A DNA stretch of 64,000 bases from the NCBI GenBank assembly GCA_964291235.2, contig OZ219816.1, forward strand, positions 1,248,001 through 1,312,000. Reading direction: 5' to 3'. Shown piece by piece: positions 60,628-64,000 of the stretch. The notes under the pieces are model-generated. The model did no database searches and was not told the DNA's origin. It saw nothing but the letters and a program-made list of their open reading frames with translations. This DNA is from Vicinamibacteria bacterium (GTDB lineage: Bacteria > Acidobacteriota > Vicinamibacteria > Marinacidobacterales > Marinacidobacteraceae). The translations under genes and the position numbers were made by a program. Every line of letters begins with the position of its first letter. Position 1 is the stretch's first letter.

Positions 60628-60733
60628 GCGGGCCTGCGGCCCGCTGTGCCGATCTGGAGATCGGCGTTCCCGTGCCCCCGCGCCACGAGGCCGGTCGGAG
60701 GCGCCCACCGGGAGAACTGACCGGCGCTCCTAC
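60628..60733. repeat. REP-like copies with covarying stems
   Basis: GCGGGCC-TGC-GGCCCGC, GCCGATC-TGGA-GATCGGC-GTTCCC; reverse-strand GTAGGAGCGCCGG ending at 60733. Confidence 0.65.
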
Positions 60734-60787
60734 ATCGCGTCTGCCTCTCGGGCCCGGGGTTCGGTTCGTCCCAATCATTCACGAAAT

Positions 60788-61106
60788 CCGCTGACGCGAC
60801 TCCGAGCCCGCGCGCTTATCGGATGCCGTGGTAGCGGCTTCGGATAAGCGCCGCGTCATTATCGGATGTCGCGGCGGGCTCTCGGGCGCGGAATCGTGGT
60901 CTGATCATTATCGAAGGCCGCTGACGCAACTTCGGGCCCGCGCGCGCTTATCGGATGCCGCGGCAGCGGCTTCGGATAAGCACCGCGTCATTATCGGATG
61001 TCGCGGCGGGCTCTTGGGCCGGATTTCGGTGTCTGATCATTATCGAAAGCCGCTGGCGCGACTTCCGATAATGATGCTTCCCTTGGCTTCGCGACTTCCG
61101 ATAAGG
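60788..61106. repeat. ~130-bp tandem repeat carrying 10 TTATCG/GATAA motifs
   Basis: CCGCTG(A/G)CGC unit starts at 60788, 60918, 61050; ACTTCCGATAA at 61061 and 61094. Confidence 0.88.
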
Positions 61107-61383
61107 ATGAGTACGGTCGAGCTGCCACCGCGTGTTTTGAGGGAGGTGGAACGGGAGGGGCGGGGCCCGTGGTGGTGCTTTCAGGGAGCGCAAAGAGGGC
61201 GGCGAGGCGCACCGGATCTTCGGCAAGAGAGAGGCGGGCGCGACGGGCGTGCCGTGGACGCGATTGCGGTGTGTCCGGCACGCAGCTCGGGCAAGGCGCG
61301 ACAGCGGGGGAGCCATCGGGGCGAGGTGAGGTCACCCAACAGGTGTCTCCGCAGCCCGGGCAGTCTTTCGGTAGAGTTGTCAT
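60991..61383 (-). CDS. Possible small zinc-ribbon protein
   Basis: CPGCGDTCW...CPSC near the N-terminus; C-terminus runs into the repeat array. Confidence 0.35.
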   Translation of the reverse strand: MTTLPKDCPGCGDTCWVTSPRPDGSPAVAPCPSCVPDTPQSRPRHARRARLSLAEDPVRLAALFALPESTTTGPAPPVPPPSKHAVAARPYSSLSEVAKPREASLSEVAPAAFDNDQTPKSGPRARRDIR

Positions 61384-61503
61384 CAGCCGATCGGAGGGAT
61401 CGGTTAGCGGCTCGCCGGGTGTTTATCTTTTCCCGGCGGGTCCGCGCCTGACGGTATCACGCGAACGGGACTAGAATCCGGAGGTGTTGGGTCCGAAACC
61501 CTG

Positions 61504-61743
61504 ATGGCATACACGCTCGATACCGCCGCCGCCACGGAACGGCTCATTGCCGCTGGTGCGGATCCTGCGGTGGCGCGCGCGATCGTGACCGAGGTCGCCA
61601 GCGCGGATGATGCGCACCGGGCGGATCTGGCCACGAAAGCCGATCTCCTCGTGCTGGAAGTCCGCCTGGTGAAGTGGGGGATCGGAATTGCGCTTGGCGG
61701 CGCCGGGGTTCTCTTCGCCCTGTTGCGCTTCACCGGCGGGTAG
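61504..61743 (+). CDS. DUF1640/CCDC90-like small membrane-anchored coiled-coil protein, copy A
   Basis: MAYTLDT...L.AAG...A.AIV...LATKADL...LVKWGIG + C-terminal TM; RBS ggagg. Confidence 0.75.
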   Translation: MAYTLDTAAATERLIAAGADPAVARAIVTEVASADDAHRADLATKADLLVLEVRLVKWGIGIALGGAGVLFALLRFTGG

Positions 61744-61895
61744 GCCTGCGCGCTCTTGACTTCGAGCGTTATCGGAACTTGAGTCCGGACTTGGCGTGCC
61801 CGGGCAGCGCGAATTCGGCCGCCAGTGGGCCTGGGCAGCTCCTCGAGAAGCCCGGACCCACGGCAGTGCCGGCGAGATCCGGCCGAATTCGGATG

Positions 61896-61923
61896 ATTTG
61901 ACATAACTCGGGCATAGGAGAGA
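61896..61923 (-). other. dif-like 11-6-11 recombination site
   Basis: Minus strand TCTCTCCTATG-CCCGAG-TTATGTCAAAT; right arm matches the E. coli XerD arm TTATGTTAAAT at 10/11. Confidence 0.55.
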
Positions 61924-62029
61924 CGCGCTCCTCAGCCTCCGGAGCGCACTGGAGCCCGTTCGAAGGTGATTCGGAGGCTCCTGGGACGCCGGAATCCGGC
62001 CGGACCGGCGGGCAGGTCGTATTTGGCCA

Positions 62030-63097
62030 TCAGACGGAGATCCGCTCGACGATGTTGCGGCTGACGGAGCGGCTGCGCCGGTCGTAGAGCTGGGTGGTGG
62101 AGGGGTCCGAATGGCCGGCGAGGTACTGGACGTCCTCCATGGGGACGCCCTGGTTGAGAAGGTCGGTGATGACCATGGCCCGGAAGCTGTGCACGGTGAT
62201 GAAGCTCGGGAGGCCGGCAGCCCGGAGGCGGCGCTTGAGGATGGCGCGCAGGGTCCAGGGTTCGATGCCGGCGTCACTGAATCCCGTGGGCGAGCCCGGG
62301 GAGATGACGCGGAAGAAAGGTGTGTCCTGCGGCTGGTCGCGAATCCGGGCTGCGGCCAGGTAGGCGGCAAGCCAGGCGTCGAGGTCGATGCGGACGGGGA
62401 TTTCGCGCTGCTTGCCGCGCTTTTCGCGCATGCACAGCGTTCGGTGGTCGCCGTAGTTCCGGAGGTCCTGGAGGCGCAGCGCGGCGACGGCGCCGGCCCG
62501 GGCGCCGGTGTAGATGAGGGTGCCGAGGATGGCGCGATCGCGCACGCCGGCCCTCGAGGAAGGGTCTATGGAGGCGAGGAGGCCACGGGTCTGCGTGACG
62601 GTGATCTCCGGCGTCTTGCCTTCGCGTGACTCGGAACGGGGAGGCCGGACGGACTGGAAGGGATTGATGACGACGGCGTGGCGGGTGACGAGGAGGTCGA
62701 AGAAGTGTCGGAGCGCGGAGAGGGCGAGTTTCTGGGTGGGGATGGAGCCGCCGTAGGCGTCGAGGAAGCGGGCGGCCTGTCCCGGCGTGGCGTTGACGAG
62801 GGCGATCTCCTGGGCGGCCAGCCAGTGGAGGAAGCGCCGGACGGGGACCGCGTACGCCTTGCGGGTGTGGGGGTTGCGTAGGCGGGCGCTGAAGAATTCG
62901 TCGGCGGCGAAGGTCGCCGCTGGGCCGGCTGCCTGGAGGACCTCCAGGTGGGCGGTCGTTGGCGCCGGTGCGAGGGCCGTGTTTTGGAGGGCCTCGGAGG
63001 AGGTGTGCGCTAGAGAGTTCCCGCGGGCGGTCATCCGGTGAGGCGCAGGGCCGCAAACAGTAGCCCGGCGATTGCCAGGGCGATGGTGATTCCCCAC
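62030..63097 (-). CDS. Tyrosine recombinase (XerD-like / resolvase-type integrase); true start probably ~63034
   Basis: RNPHTRKAY SAM-like domain; RDRAIL..LIYTGAR, EKRGK, HSFR, LAGH, TTQLYD catalytic set. Confidence 0.93.
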   Translation of the reverse strand: MGNHHRPGNRRATVCGPAPHRMTARGNSLAHTSSEALQNTALAPAPTTAHLEVLQAAGPAATFAADEFFSARLRNPHTRKAYAVPVRRFLHWLAAQEIALVNATPGQAARFLDAYGGSIPTQKLALSALRHFFDLLVTRHAVVINPFQSVRPPRSESREGKTPEITVTQTRGLLASIDPSSRAGVRDRAILGTLIYTGARAGAVAALRLQDLRNYGDHRTLCMREKRGKQREIPVRIDLDAWLAAYLAAARIRDQPQDTPFFRVISPGSPTGFSDAGIEPWTLRAILKRRLRAAGLPSFITVHSFRAMVITDLLNQGVPMEDVQYLAGHSDPSTTQLYDRRSRSVSRNIVERISV

Positions 63098-63333
63098 TTC
63101 AGGAGGCGTATTTCAAGATCGGCAATAGCGGCCTGAGCGGCTGTGTCGCTCCGGTCGATCCGGGCCACTAGATCGGTTCTCAGGTCGGCCAGGTCGGCCT
63201 TCGTGGCGAGGTTGGCGCGTTGCGCGTCGTCGGCGCGGCTGATCGTCGCGACGATCACTTCTGCCTGTTCGGCGGGCAGCCCAGCGGCGGTGAGGTCGCG
63301 GATGGCGGCGTGGGTGTCAATGGTGTAGGCCAT
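63031..63333 (-). CDS. DUF1640/CCDC90-like protein, copy B
   Basis: MAYTIDT...LTAAGL..EQAEVIV...LATKADL...LLKWGI + TM; ATGA overlap with the recombinase. Confidence 0.8.
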   Translation of the reverse strand: MAYTIDTHAAIRDLTAAGLPAEQAEVIVATISRADDAQRANLATKADLADLRTDLVARIDRSDTAAQAAIADLEIRLLKWGITIALAIAGLLFAALRLTG

Positions 63334-63356
63334 CAGGAGTTCCTCGGGAAGAGCCC

Positions 63357-63392
63357 ATTATAGAGGGTGCGATAATCCTTTTTATCCGAACC
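63357..63392. promoter_or_regulatory. Palindromic 11-6-11 recombinase core site next to a minus-strand TATAAT
   Basis: GGGTGCGATAA-TCCTTT-TTATCCGAACC (63365-63392); TATAAT on the minus strand at 63357-63362. Confidence 0.65.
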
Positions 63393-63414
63393 CAATGGGG
63401 CGTACCATCGAGGG

Positions 63415-63807
63415 ATGAGCGGGTCGCGCGCCTCGGTGTTGGAGGGGTGGATGTGCGGATGCGCGGTGCGGGGGTGGGATACACCAGCGCCGGGCGACCG
63501 CGGGCTCCGGTGCGCGACGTGCGGCGAGTGGATTCCCTGGGAGTTGTTCGAGGAGGACGGCGGCACAACGTTCAACAGGATCGCTGGCGTGCAACGGCAG
63601 CATGACCCAGCGGGCTTCCGATCGTTCGCGGTCGGAATGGTCCTCGCGTTGGGCGAGTGGAGAAGGGCCGAGGCCGAAGGGCGGTTGCCGGCGCGACGGC
63701 AGCCGAGTCCGGAGGAATGGCGACAGGCAGAGTCTCTCGTGGATGAGGTCTTTGGCCCCGGAATTCCACGCCCGGATGGTCGGCTGAGCGAATCGGGGCC
63801 GTCGTGA
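63415..63807 (+). CDS. Hypothetical protein with possible zinc ribbon
   Basis: CGC...W...CATCGEW; purine-rich gaggg before ATG; divergent from the recombinase operon. Confidence 0.45.
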   Translation: MSGSRASVLEGWMCGCAVRGWDTPAPGDRGLRCATCGEWIPWELFEEDGGTTFNRIAGVQRQHDPAGFRSFAVGMVLALGEWRRAEAEGRLPARRQPSPEEWRQAESLVDEVFGPGIPRPDGRLSESGPS

Positions 63808-63885
63808 GGATCGTTCCCTCCGGGGACGCCCCGGTGAGCGCTGCCGTGGGTCTGTGGTGAAATATGTCGCGTTGGAGGAGCGACC

Positions 63886-64000
63886 ATGACCTCAGCAATC
63901 AACCATTTCCTGGCTACGTCCATCGGATGGCTCAACGCACTTGCGGCTGTGCTGCTCGTCGTGGTGTTCACCGGTGGCGCGTTTTTCGCGCTCGGTGGCA
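63886..64000 (+). CDS. Membrane protein, 3' truncated
   Basis: RBS GGAGGAG then MTSAINHFLATSIGWLNALAAVLLVVVFTGGAFF, open to the window end. Confidence 0.65.
   Translation, partial: MTSAINHFLATSIGWLNALAAVLLVVVFTGGAFFALGG

Larger units (their letters stand above)
60788..64000. mobile_element. Probable integrative/Xer-like element or its remnant (left boundary uncertain)
   Basis: Tyrosine recombinase, dif-like sites, small orphan ORFs, break from housekeeping gene content. Confidence 0.55.

Noticed and set aside
63333-63971. 212-aa minus-strand ORF
   Set aside because: Overlaps better-supported plus-strand ORFs and the promoter/recombination site; composition is not protein-like
1-64000. rRNA/tRNA genes (including tRNA-Sec or a tRNA att site)
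   Set aside because: None recognised by eye; tRNAscan-SE/Infernal would be needed to exclude them

Overview
GC-rich bacterial chromosomal window; the gene content (expanded W-x-x-F/W-R-G beta-propellers, spondin, ankyrin, TPR-like and DUF1640-like proteins) suggests an Acidobacteriota/Planctomycetota-like, possibly host-associated organism, which is inference only. It encodes many exported peptide/amide hydrolases (3 S9, 2 M28, S13, amidohydrolases, amidase, acetamidase), eight PQQ-like/BamB-like beta-propeller proteins, a dispersed GriC/GriD(EhpF/EhpG)-like carboxylate-reductase + ABC exporter + Fe-ADH module, a TAXI-TRAP transporter, and a probable unannotated selenoprotein (UxxC with SECIS-like hairpin). 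Non-coding structure includes a REP/REPIN-like hairpin family with compensatory base changes, an iteron-like 21-bp-phased GAGCCATGGTCA array, and at the right end a tyrosine-recombinase element with 11-6-11 dif-like sites, a dense array of GATAA half-sites and two inverted DUF1640-like paralogs. All calls are by eye; no searches were run.
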